A stretch of DNA of 64,000 bases, from assembly GCA_951406725.2 (NCBI GenBank), contig OX597831.1, forward strand, positions 80,662,001 to 80,726,000, in the 5' to 3' direction. Positions 51,691 through 63,325 of this stretch are shown one piece after another. Under the pieces are notes generated by a model that was not told the origin of the DNA, did no database searches, and saw only the letters and a list, made by a program, of their open reading frames with translations. Position numbers and translations under genes: made by a program. Source of the DNA: Octopus vulgaris. Its lineage: Eukaryota. The number at the start of each line of letters is the position of its first letter. The stretch's first letter is position 1.

Positions 51691-52710
51691 TTGGGGTTCA
51701 TAGTCTTCCAAGCTGCTTGACAGCCTCACTTGTGCTGGTGGCATATAAAAAAAGGCACCCAGTACATGCTGTAAAGTAGTTGGTATTAGGAAGGGCAGCC
51801 AGCCATGGAAACCATGCTCAAACAGGCCCTGGAGCACAGTGAAGTCCTTGGGACCCATCAGGCCCTGTCAAATCATCCAACCCATGCCAGCATGGATGTT
51901 AAATTATGACAATGATGATGTGAAAGTGCTTAGCTTAGTGGTTAGGGTGTCTGACACATGATCATAATGTTATGGGTTCAGTTTTCAGACTGGGCAGTGC
52001 AATGTGTACCTTGAGCAAGTCTCTTCATTTCCATGTTGCTCCCATCTATTCAGTACTAGTCGAGTGCTCATTAGTGTGCCAGAAAAATGCTTAGTAGCAT
52101 TTCATCCGTCCTTACACTACCACCACCACCAATACTACTACTACTACTATTATTATTAATAAGGTTGTGAGCTGGTAGAAATGTTAGCACACCAGATGAA
52201 ATGCTTTGTGGTATTTCACCCGTTGCTACGTTCTGAGTTCAAATTTCACCGAGGTCAACTTTGCCTTTCATCCTTTTGGGGTAGGTTGATAAATTAAATA
52301 CTAGTTGAGTACTGGGGTTGATGTTACAGACTGGCCCCTCCCCCCAAATTTCAGGCCTTATGCCTATAGGAGAAAGGATTATCATCAGCATTCATTATGT
52401 AGGCAAGCTGGTAGAATTGTTAGTTCGCAAGGCAAAATGTTTAGTGGTATTTCATCCACGTCTACGTTCTGAGTTCAAATTCTGCTGAGGTCGATTTTGC
52501 CTTTCATCCTTTTGAGTTTGATAAATTAAGTACCAGTTGAGCCCTGGGCTCGGTGTAATTGGCTTATCCCCTCTCTTGAAATTGCTGGCCTTCTACCAAA
52601 TATTGAAACCACCACCACCATCATTCTTCTTATCATCATCATCATTATTATTATTATTATCATTATTATTATTATCATCATCATTATTATTATTATTATT
52701 ATTATTATTC

Positions 52711-53312
52711 TATGTTTGTCTTTGGCTTTACATTTGCACGAGCTGGCTCCAGTCTCAGCCAGAGACCTCAAGAGACAACAAGTTGGAAGTTCATGTTGGT
52801 GTTATGCCTAGGGTGCCATATATTTGGTTTTGTACTTAGTGTTGTACTAGTGAATTCCTAAAAAACCATACGAAAATTATGTTTGTTTTAAAACTTGAGA
52901 TTACAAAAAAGTATTTTGCGTAGGATATGAGTAGTTCCCATGAGCACTATCTTTTGAATTTCGGCCATTTTGGGGTTTCCTGGTATCTGAGTTAGGTAGC
53001 AATCAGCCCCTTTTGCTATCATTCCCAGGGCACCTATGACAACAGGTATTGTTTTAGTCTTCAGGTTCCACATTTTGCTGATTTCTATTTCAAGATCTTT
53101 ATATTTGCTCAGTTTTTGGTAGGTCTTGACAGATACGTTTATATCGATTGAGACAGTCATATCAATGAGGAGGCATGTTCTTTGTCTGAAGTCTTTCAAT
53201 ATGATGTCTGGCCTCTTCGCATCTATATTTCTGTCAGTTTGAATGGTGAAGTTCCAGAGGAGTGAGATGTGGTCGTTTTCAAGCACTGGAGGTGGTTTGT
53301 GTTCCCACCTGT
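52711..53312 (-). mobile_element. R4/Dong-like LINE 3' end (restriction-like endonuclease)
   Basis: LLWNFTIQTDR..RPDIIL..LIDMTV..KLSKYKDL..PVVIGALG is the RLE PD-(D/E)xK C-terminus; (TAA)n-type repeats on both flanks. Confidence 0.9.
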
Positions 53313-53374
53313 TTTTATCATTATTATTTTATCATTATTATTTTATCATTTTATTATTATTATTATTATTATGA

Positions 53375-53800
53375 AGTAAGAGAGCAGCACATGCCATCAA
53401 AGTGACACTGGGGTACAAATATATGAAGCCCAGTATACCCACCGTGATTGATAAGGGTACACCATCATGTCTGATGATGTACTCAGTATACCCAAATATT
53501 GGCAGGACACGGTGAACTCATATCAAGATAACCAGTGCATGACCTTTCAGGTGGGGCCCAGTTAGAATTTTCTCCAGGTCAAGTCACCCATCCCACTCAA
53601 GAGGTCCCTGAATAAGGTTTGTTTAAGGATGTTGAATGAAACACCTGTTTCTAGAGGTGAATTATTCAAACCCCAAACAATTCCTCTGAACATATAGCTA
53701 TGATGCTCCCCAACTACTTCTGCTCATGATCAGAGATACACATATTGCCAGCCAGCCTCCAAGGGTCATGCTCAAGGGATTAAGGTCAAACAACTGACAA
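53375..53800. repeat. Repeat H, third copy
   Basis: Matches 33065-33485. Confidence 0.8.
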
Positions 53801-53849
53801 ATAGGCTATGGGCTGACTCAATCGTTTTGCATGTCAGACAATATGCCTC

Positions 53850-54020
53850 TTTTTTACTTGTTTCAGTCATTTGACTGTGGACATGCTGAAGCACCACCTT
53901 TAGTCGAGCAAATCGACCCTGGTACTCATTCTATCGGTCTCTTTTGCTGAACCGCTAATTTACGGGGACGTAAACACACCACAATCGTTTGTCAAGCGAT
54001 GTTGGTGGGGACAAACACAG

Positions 54021-54053
<33 letters not shown>

Positions 54054-54210
54054 CGATGGGCTTCTTTCAGTTTCCGTCTACCAAATCCACTCACAAGGCT
54101 TTGGTCGGCCTGAGGCTATAGTAGAAGACACTTGTCCAAGTTGCCATGCAGTGGGACTGAACCCGGAACCATGTGGCTGGTAAGCAAGCTACTTACCACA
54201 CAGCCACTCC
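53850..54210 (-). mobile_element. SINE family A
   Basis: Reverse complement of family A. Confidence 0.88.
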
Positions 54211-54466
54211 TAAGCCTAGGGAGTTTTCTTTCAGCTCTTTCTGTTTTAAGTTCAAATACTGGAGCAGATATAATCATCTTGCCCTTCCCCTCAAAATCGC
54301 TAACCTTCTGTTAAAATTACAAAACTAGAAAAAGAAAAAAAGTCTTATTATCCTAAATTTTTGTGTCTGCCCATAGGTATCCAGCAGACAGAAGATTACT
54401 TAGCAAAGCACCTTTCAAAGTTTGAAAATGTGTTTACTACAACATGACCCCTTTTGTTGTGGTAGG

Positions 54467-54885
54467 GGCAGGAGTGGCTGTGTGGTAAGTAGTTTGGTTC
54501 CGGGTTCAGTCACACTGCGTGGCACCTTGGCTAAGTGTCTTCAACTATAGCCAGCCTCGGGCCGACCAAAGCCTTGTGAGTGGATTTGGTAGACGGAGAC
54601 TGAAAGAAGCCCATCATATATATAATGTGTGTGTGTGTGTGTGTATGTTTGTGTGTCTTTGTTTGTTCTCCCCCCACCCCACCCACCCAACATCGCTTGA
54701 CAACCGATGGTGGTGTGTTTACGTCCCCGTAACTTAGCGGTTCAGCAAAAAAGAGACCCATAGAATAAGTACAAGGCTTACAAAGAATAAGTCCTGGGGA
54801 CGATTTTCTCGACTAAAAGGCAGTGCTCCAGCATGGCCACAGTGAAATAACTGAAACAAGTAAAAGAGTAAAAGAGAGTAAGAGT
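54467..54885 (+). mobile_element. SINE family A
   Basis: Full head to (GTAAAAGA)n tail; head-to-head with the copy at 53850-54210. Confidence 0.88.
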
Positions 54886-54936
54886 ATGACAGGAAACTTT
54901 AGGTCCTTGACTAACTCCTGTTGTATGCTTGGAGTA

Positions 54937-54995
<59 letters not shown>

Positions 54996-55691
54996 GCCCA
55001 CATACACACACGTGCCTGCGTGCACACATGTCATTCTATGTGTAGAGTTCTGCTGCTCTCGTTTGTAAAATCTGACCCAGGACAACATGTAAGGAACACA
55101 CTGAAATTATTTACCTGTGCAGGAAGGTCGAATTACCTTTACATGAAAAGCATTTGTACTTTGAATGTGTGTGTGTGTGTGTGTGTGTAAAACAAATAAC
55201 TAGACAGGCAGAAAGGTGGGTAGATGAATGGATGGATGGGCGGGTGGAGGTGAGGTGGGGGGGAGCAGAGATTGATTGAGTTGGAGGATGGAGATAGGAT
55301 GGGGAGAGAAGGGAAGGAGGGAGGTTCCAAGCAAAAAAAAAAATAAAAGGGAAAACTAATTATATTGAGTTGATGGCAGCGGTGGGGCAGAGGTTTTTTT
55401 TTTATTTTTTCAAGAGCAGAAACCGGCTGCGTGTGTAGAGATGTGTGTGAAAGAGAGATTGTTTTTGTTGTTTATATATTGTAACAGAGGGGGACAAAGA
55501 GAGAAATAGCATTGTGGTGGTGGTGGTCACGGTGGTTGGTTGGTTGGTTATGTAAAGAGGAGCAAATAATTTCCTTGCAGAAAAGGAAGTCACTGCGGAG
55601 GAGGGAGTAAGGCGAGCATGATCTGCTAGAAATAGCAGTCAGATCTCTTTCAAACCATACCGTACAGACCGAGGCACTACCGAAATGCACA

Positions 55692-55797
55692 GGTCCCGAT
55701 GCATCTACGTAACGACATGTTTTGACAGTGCCCACTGGTTAGGGGGTTAGGGCTTGGGTTAGTTTTAAGGTTAGTGTTACGTAGATACGTCGGGACC
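55692..55797. mobile_element. Tiny TIR element with internal GGTTAG repeats
   Basis: GGTCCCGATGCATCTACGTAAC / GTTACGTAGATACGTCGGGACC, 22-bp inverted repeats. Confidence 0.7.
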
Positions 55798-56855
55798 CAG
55801 ACCAATAGAATAAGTACCGAGTGTAAAAAAAAAAAATTGTGGGATCGATTCGCTCGGCTAAAATTTCTTCAATGCAGTGCTCCAGTATGGCCGCAGACTG
55901 ATGACTGAAACAAGCAAATGACTAAAGAAGAAAAAAAAAGGATACCATCGAAGAAAAACGATAGTTTCGCAAAGATAATGCCAGGTTTCTTTATACATTG
56001 GCAGAACTTTCGGGTGATCACAGCTGGGCTGGAATGCCTCTGATTATAGGGTTACTCGATCAGTTCTGACCGAGGGTTAAACAACAGCAACAACAACAGC
56101 ATCAACAACGTACCTACACGTATGCCATTTATTATCTATTATTATCTTCTTTCTCTCACCTGTTTTGTCTATCTACCTGTCCTTCTTTCTGCCTACTTGG
56201 CTGTATACCTGCTCCATGTAAAAATATATATAATATGTATCACATATTTATACAGACACACATATATATATATGTATATATATATATGAGTATATATATG
56301 TATGAGTATATATACATATATGTGTGTGTGTGTGTGTGTATACATATATATATATATGTATGAGTATATATATATGTATGAGTGTGTGCATATATGTATG
56401 AGTATATATATATGTATGAGTGTGTGCATATATGTATGAGTATATATATATGTATGAGTGTGTGTATATATGTATGAGTATGAGTATATGTATATATGTA
56501 TGCATATATATATAAAATAAAACTAAAAACAACAGAAATAAAACTGGAGAACCTTTTTCACACACTTTACTAACATTCCTTAGGTTTGATCCTTGGTCAT
56601 TCCTTCTCTCTCTCTCTCTCTCACCTGAAAGTGTGTATGTGTACAGATTCTGCTGCAAGGATCAAAGCAAAGTGCACCAAACATGGTCCCGACTTGAGCC
56701 CAGATGCAGGTTCGGACACAAATACAATCTGGGCGCGAACACACGCGCACATAAGCCTGGGCACAACTTAGTGCACTTGTACCTACACAGACAACAGCTC
56801 AGACCCCCACCCCCCCAGCATACGTTACTAACTGATCTCACGTTTATTTATTTAG

Positions 56856-56856
<1 letters not shown>

Positions 56857-56889
<33 letters not shown>

Positions 56890-57421
56890 CTCCATCTCTC
56901 ATTCTCTCTTACTCTTTGCATATCGGTCTGTCTTTCTGTCTCTCTGTCTCCCCCACCCCTTTCTCAGCCCCTCGCTCTCTTGCTCAACCTCCACCACCAC
57001 CACCACCGCCCTTTGTGCCATCACAGTAGGCGATCATCTGCTTTCTACTTCTTCATTCTCTCTCATTCATTCATTCATTCTTCGCCTTTCTTACCCTCTT
57101 TCCCCTGTTCATTTCTTTTTGTCTTTCTTCCTCTGTTTTCTTGCCTTATTTTCTTCCTTCCCTCCTTTTTCGTTCTTCCTTCCTTCCTTCCTTTAATTTC
57201 TTTCTCTTCTTCCATTCTCTTTTCTCACTTTGTCCTTCTTCCTCTTTCTTTCATTCTTCTTTCATTCCTTTCCTTATTTCCTCCTTTCCCTCGCCCTTCC
57301 TTTCTTTCTTCCTTCCTTCTTCCTTGCTTTCTCTGACTTCCTCACCTTTTCCACCTCTTTATCTCTCTCTCTCTCTCTTTCTCTGCCTGTCTCTCTCTCT
57401 CCCCTCTCTCCCTTCCCTCCC
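56857..57421. repeat. Polypyrimidine low-complexity tract
   Basis: Direct reading. Confidence 0.85.
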
Positions 57422-57733
57422 AATATACAAGGAGGACGTTACTCAAATGGCGAACAGGAAACCGGTTGAACGAAGTTCTCTTTCATGTTTACCGTTTTAT
57501 GCTGACTTCGTTCCTCGTCTAGAAGTGCGACTGCTGCATCCATCGCTTCTTGTATTCTGTGTTCACATTCAATGCAATCTTCCAATTTATTGTCGTTGGT
57601 ACTTAGCTCCGTATAAACACTGGTTAAACAGATCTATGATCAAAGTTGTCCCAAATGTGACCATCCTGCCTTTAATTTTTTTTTTATCTGACAATGCGTT
57701 TCTGCATTTCAAAATGCTGTTTATGTTATAACA

Positions 57734-57782
<49 letters not shown>

Positions 57783-58363
57783 TGTCCTAAGTGTGGCTGT
57801 GTGGTAAGAAGCTTGCTTCCCAACCACATGATTCCAGGTTCAGTCTTAATGTATGGCATCTTGCCTAAGTGTCTACTGCTATAGATTCAGGCTAACCCAA
57901 GTGGATTCGGTAGACAGAAACTGAAAGAAGCCCATTGTGTGTGTGTGTGTGTGTGTGCACGCCCTTTTAGCTATATTTTTAGGCCGGGTGTGCCACCGAA
58001 TTTTGAAAAGAATATAAGTGTACCAGAAGTGAAATAAAAAGCTTGTGGAGCACTGCTCCAAGCCAATCAGTTGACGGTGTGTGTGTGTGTATGTGGTAAA
58101 GAGGAGAGGCTCTTCTTTGTCTTGCTGGTTGCTTAGCAACCTCACTAGTACCAGTGTCATAAGCAGAAGAAGAAAAAAAGCCCCCAGTACACTCTGTAGA
58201 GTGGTTGACATTCAGCCATAGAAACCATGGCAAGACCACCATTGGTGCTCAGTTCAGTCCTTAGGCTTATCTCAGCCTCTTCAACTGTTCAACCCATGCC
58301 TGCATGGAAGACGGATGTTAAATAATAATTGTCTTCCCTTCTCTGGATCTTTCCTTTTCCTAC

Positions 58364-58398
58364 GTTTCTGACGAAGAGCTCCGCTCGAAACGTTAAAC
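58364..58398 (+). ncRNA. Minimal type I hammerhead ribozyme motif
   Basis: GTTT-CTGACGA-A-GAGC-TCC-GCTC-GAA-ACGT-T-AAAC: stem I GTTT/AAAC, stem II GAGC/GCTC, palindromic stem III ACGT. Confidence 0.7.
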
Positions 58399-58524
58399 CC
58401 TCCTTCGTTCTTTCCTTTCCTGTGCTTCCAATAAGACTATACTTGTTCCATGTCCTCACATTGTTGTGTTTTCTCTTTGTGTTTTCATGTTTGGATTAAC
58501 TACATTCTGTCCGAGTCGGATGCC

Positions 58525-58915
58525 ATGATAGATCATTAGCCACTACACACATTTTTGCTCTCCTTGTTTTTTCTGTGTCCCTTTCTGTAGAAGAGCGTAG
58601 GCTCGAAACGTAAAATACTTTTTCTATTCCTGAGCATTATACTAATACATCTGTTTGTTTTGTACACCACCTGCCTTCGTCTTTGTTTATTTTCGTAAAC
58701 TTTCCCTTTATATATATATATATATATATATATAGGGAGAATTCACGAAAAAAACATAAGACGAAGACAGGTGGTGTACAAAACAAACAGATGTATTAGT
58801 ATAACGCTCGGGAATTAAAAAGTAGTTTACGTTTTGAGCCTACGCTCTTCTACAGAAAGATACACAGAAAAAAACAAAGAGAAAAAAATGTGTGTAGTGG
58901 CTACTGATCTATCAT
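58525..58915. repeat. Inverted pair of repeat F around (TA)n, each arm with a variant hammerhead
   Basis: 58525-58710 is the inverted complement of 58731-58915; motif TTT-CTGTAGA-A-GAGC-GTAG-GCTC-GAA-ACGT-A-AAA at 58582-58615. Confidence 0.85.
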
Positions 58916-58923
58916 ATAATATA

Positions 58924-58961
<38 letters not shown>

Positions 58962-59023
58962 AGTTTAAATAGAGATTAAAATAACATTTTAATAACCTAA
59001 TGATATGCTTTTTACCTTTTTAC

Positions 59024-59107
59024 TCCGCTGACGAGATTTTGTCGCAAAGAATGTTTTAATTACTGGAATTTAATTCGTTTGGGAAAAATTAAAACAGCTG
59101 TAAGGGA
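59024..59107 (+). ncRNA. Degenerate hammerhead motif with long stem II
   Basis: CTGACGA-GATTTT...AAAATT-AAA-ACAGCTGT-A-AGG; G12 is lost. Confidence 0.45.
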
Positions 59108-59155
59108 ACGTGTTGAATATTTGTAGTTAATAAATTATATTAACGCTACTTCTCC

Positions 59156-59221
<66 letters not shown>

Positions 59222-59223
<2 letters not shown>

Positions 59224-59608
59224 TGCTGGAGTGACTGTGTGGTAAGTAACTTGCTTACCAACCATATGGTTCTGGGTTCTGTCCCACTGCGTTGCATCTT
59301 GGCCAAGTGTCTTCTACTATAGCTTCGGGCCGACTAAAGCCTTGTGAGTGGATTTGGTAGACAGAAACTGAAAGAAGCCCGTCATATATATGTATATATA
59401 TATATATGTTTGTGTGTCTTTGTCCCCCTAGCATTGCTTGACAACCGATGCTGGTATGTTTATGTCCCCATCACTTAGCGGTTCGGCAAAAAGAGACCGA
59501 TAGAATAAGTACTGTGCTTACAAAGAATAAGTCCCGGGGTCGAGTTGCTCGACTAAAGTGGTGCTCTGGCATGGTCACAGTCAAATGACTGAAACAAGTA
59601 AAAGAGTA
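59222..59608 (+). mobile_element. SINE family A, full length
   Basis: Complete head, body and tail. Confidence 0.88.
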
Positions 59609-59751
59609 TATATATATATTTGTATTTATAGAGTGTTAAACATTTTCAGTTTGAAAATTAGGGACTCCTTCATAGAGTAACTGCGGCATTTGTTGAGTAT
59701 ATAAACAGTTTGGCTAATTGTTTCTCTGGAGACTGACAGAATGATGTAGAC

Positions 59752-59794
59752 ACCTCTGATGAGAATACAACAATGTTCGAAAATTGATTAAGGT
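59752..59794 (+). ncRNA. Minimal type I hammerhead ribozyme motif, canonical core
   Basis: ACCT-CTGATGA-GAATA-CAACAA-TGTTC-GAA-AATTGATT-A-AGGT; all three stems pair; predicted UUA cleavage triplet. Confidence 0.75.
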
Positions 59795-59891
59795 TGTTCA
59801 TCATTTTTTTCAGTCTGTGGAGAAATGGCTAAAATGTGCCCAGTTTATAATTATACCATATGTTACATATATATATATATATGTATATATA

Positions 59892-60618
59892 TTGGGTTGT
59901 CCGGAAAGTTTGTGCCAATTTTTAAAGGAAAGAAAAAGGTCAATAAATACTTGCCATTACATTTTTTACCAACCATATATGAACCATTTTGTTGCACAAT
60001 GCGTCTCCATCTTTCCTTTAACTTGAAAATACCCTCTTCCCAGAATTGAGGTGGTTTCATGGCAAAGAATTCATCAAGGTATCTTTTTACAATATCCAAG
60101 GAATTAAAATTTTTACCATTAAGACTGTTCTGCAGAGACCTGAATAAGCGGAAATCTGAAGGAGCAATATCTGGTGAATATGGAGGGTGAGGTAACACAT
60201 CCCAGCCGCACTGCAGCAATTTTTGTCTGGTTCCCAAAGCATCAAGTGCCAAAAATGAACTTTCTTATCTTCCATTTTAAAAGGTTACAGAATTACAGTG
60301 AAGATGCCGACGACTGCTCGGTTCAAAGTCTCTCTTGACCAAAAATGGCATGAACTCTTTGCATGAACACAACCCTGTACATAACTCCATGTCCCCCTAC
60401 ATGGCCTTGCTTTTTGCTTTTTGAGCCAAAAAATTAACTTAGCTTAACTTAACTTAACACAGGTTATAGGAACATAAAACTTCTTCCACGAAAAGATAGC
60501 TTAGACTGTGCTCTAAATGGAGGTGTAGTCAAATCCTATTTTATGGACTCAACCATGTTCTAATAGAAGTCGAAATGTAAGCTACTATAAATCGGTACAA
60601 ACTTTCCGGACAACCCAA
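59892..60618 (-). mobile_element. Internally deleted mariner with both TIRs
   Basis: TA|TTGGGTTGTCCGGAAAGTTTGT ... ACAAACTTTCCGGACAACCCAA|TA; N-terminus MEDKKVHF joined to HPPYSPDIAPSDFRLF..GIFKLKERW. Confidence 0.93.
60297..60458 (+). mobile_element. CR1 3' end nested in the mariner
   Basis: Same family as 10465-10660; (CTTAA)n tail. Confidence 0.8.
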
Positions 60619-60750
60619 TATATCAGAAATTACAATAAACACAAATTCATTTTATTTGTTATATACATACATGTGTGTGTGTGTATAGATGGATAGATAG
60701 ATGAATGTATAAATGATTATGTGTGTGTGTATATATAGTCCTCTAAATTT

Positions 60751-60787
<37 letters not shown>

Positions 60788-60788
<1 letters not shown>

Positions 60789-61122
60789 AAATTTAGAGGA
60801 CTGACCACTAAAAGTGGACAGCCTTTATGCTAGATATAGACATCAAAATCGCCATTTTCCACGAAGAATGTGTTCTCAAGAAAAAACTCAGCAAAAAACC
60901 CAAAGTGTAAAAATAAGCAAGAGTTTGTTTCTTGAGAACACATTCTTCATGGAAGATGGTGATTTTGACGTCTATATCTAGCATAAAGGCTGTCCACTTT
61001 TCGTGGTCAGTCCTCTAAATTTTATATGTATAAAGAAATTTTCCATCTTCAGATTTTTTTTAAAATATGCTAGAGCACTGGTTTTAATTCATTAATATCA
61101 ATTTCTACCCTTATTTAATTTT
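60788..61122. repeat. Fold-back repeat (~100-bp arms) plus tail, in (TA)n
   Basis: 60788-60889 is the inverted complement of 60921-61023. Confidence 0.9.
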
Positions 61123-61402
61123 ATATATATATATATAAATTGTTTGAATACATAAATAATTACATTATGTACACACACACACACTCAGACACACACTCAG
61201 ACACCTGCATGCATGCAAATGGATCTCTCATGATTGTCTCTCTTGATTTCCAAGCATAAAAATCTTGGATTTCATAAGATAGACAAAGAGATAAATATAG
61301 ACTGAAAGGTAACTATGTAACTGGCATATCTTTAGACGACACAGTTTCTTGCAGATTATTGGTGGGAAAGAATGTGTGTACATGTACGTACATATATATA
61401 AA

Positions 61403-61441
<39 letters not shown>

Positions 61442-61674
61442 CACAAAGTAAGTTATGGGTGTAAGCCACTAAGGGATAGTATTTATCCAATATACTGTTG
61501 GTAAAGTACCCAGATTCTTAATACATAAATGTTTATAATTGCAATGCAATTATCTCATTTATTGTATTAAACGGGTGAAGGTAAAGAAATGTTTTTACCG
61601 TAAATTTATAACACAAATAAGAAAATGGAGAAACAAATTTGGTTTGTTCATCAACTTTCAGATATTAGAATGTT

Positions 61675-61980
61675 GAGGTTTCGATTCCCAGACCAGGCTT
61701 TATGAGCAAAAACATCTAAAGCTAAATGAGGAGGCAATGGTGAACCCTGCTGTATTCTTTCACCACAACTTTCTCTCACTCTTTCTTCCTGTTTCTGTTG
61801 TTGTACCTGTATTTCAAAGGGTAGCAGCCTTGTCACATTCTGTGTCACGCTGAATCTCCCCAAGAACTACGTTAATAATACACGTGTCTGTGGAGTGCTC
61901 GGCCACTTGCACGTTAATTTCACGAGCTGGCTGTTCTGTTGATCAAATGGAACCCTCATCGTCGTAATCTAAGGAGTACC

Positions 61981-61981
<1 letters not shown>
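61675..61981 (+). mobile_element. SINE family D, 5'-truncated
   Basis: Matches 1075-1402. Confidence 0.8.
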
Positions 61982-62017
<36 letters not shown>

Positions 62018-62241
62018 GCACACACACACATGCATGTGTGCATGCATGCGTGTGCATACACTAACACACACACACTGAGACATTTTAAATGCAGCCTTAA
62101 AAATAAACAAATATATTAGGTAGAATTTTGTCTCTTGTTTTCATGCCAAAAGATTGCTTTTCACTTCCATAGAGAAGGACATTAATATCCAAACAGGTTT
62201 TGCTTTAAAATTCCATTATGTTTTGCAGAGCTGTGACAGAT

Positions 62242-62297
<56 letters not shown>

Positions 62298-62303
<6 letters not shown>

Positions 62304-62474
62304 CTTAATGAAGTGGTTCCATTAGAGAATGCCATTGTTTTCACATATACCAAAATTGTCGGCACTGACATGCCATACATACATACATACATATGCATTG
62401 CGTGTCAGTGCCGACAATTTTGGTGTATGTGAAAACAATGGCATTCTCTAATGGAACACTTCATTAAGAACATA
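62298..62474. repeat. Fold-back repeat (~75-bp arms) adjacent to (TA)n
   Basis: 62298-62373 is the inverted complement of 62400-62474; spacer is (CATA)n. Confidence 0.92.
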
Positions 62475-63014
62475 AGATGTCAAATCAAGAGGAAGTTGTG
62501 GTGAGTGTGGTGAGTGGGATTATGGGAAGAATGCATTGGAATATAGATTATTGTTATGGGATAAAATTGGAGAGGAGTTGAAGATAAAATTTTGTATATG
62601 TTTGTATATAAGCATGTGCGTGTGTGTATGTATATATATGTGTGTGTATGTATATATGCCTGTGTATATGTGTGTGTGTTAGCAAAGTGATGCTTGTTAC
62701 ATTCCTTAAGTTTTTAGATTTTTATTTGCATTGTTAGTTACTTCGTGGCTAAACCGTGAGTTGTATGGTGACCCTCAGCTTATCAAAATTCCTTTTAATT
62801 TTAATATGGGACGAAGTGTGTAGCTTATGTTGTTAATAAACTTGTGTTATCATATACTGTCCTCCATTTCTCCTCTGCTGTTCTTGCCGCATAAATGCTC
62901 AAAGCCTGCTAACTTCCCACACTTGGATCGTTGGATTGTACTTACCTAATACTACTAGATATATGAATATAAATGAGTGTTTGTGTGAGAGTGCGTTTGT
63001 ATACATGTAAATAC

Positions 63015-63325
63015 ATACTGACAGGCAGACAAGAAAAAGTATGTGCTGTCATAGAGGTCAGTTGTCCAGCCAATGTGAATATCTCTTTGGAAATCAGAGA
63101 TAAAGAAGATATCTATGGTACCGCCAACTTCTATATCTGGATTACAAATTTACATTTATACCAATAAAAATTGGATCACTTAGTTTTATAAGTAAATACC
63201 TAACTGTCAGCCTGGATAAGGCTGGATTTTCAGAAAAAGATATCAACTGATTTGCACATTACAAATACAACCTGTAAGCGGAACAGTCAAACTATGCAAG
63301 ATTTTTCTAAGGTTTAGAATATGAC
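63015..63325 (+). mobile_element. Degenerate RLE-type LINE C-terminus (second family)
   Basis: RQEKVCAVIEVSCPANVNI..KEDIYG..YKFTFIPIKIGSL parallels the motif order of 52888-53286. Confidence 0.6.

Noticed and set aside
56618-56632. Minus-strand TTTCAG|GTGAG recursive-splice-like motif
   Set aside because: No good polypyrimidine tract and no evidence of the host gene's orientation.
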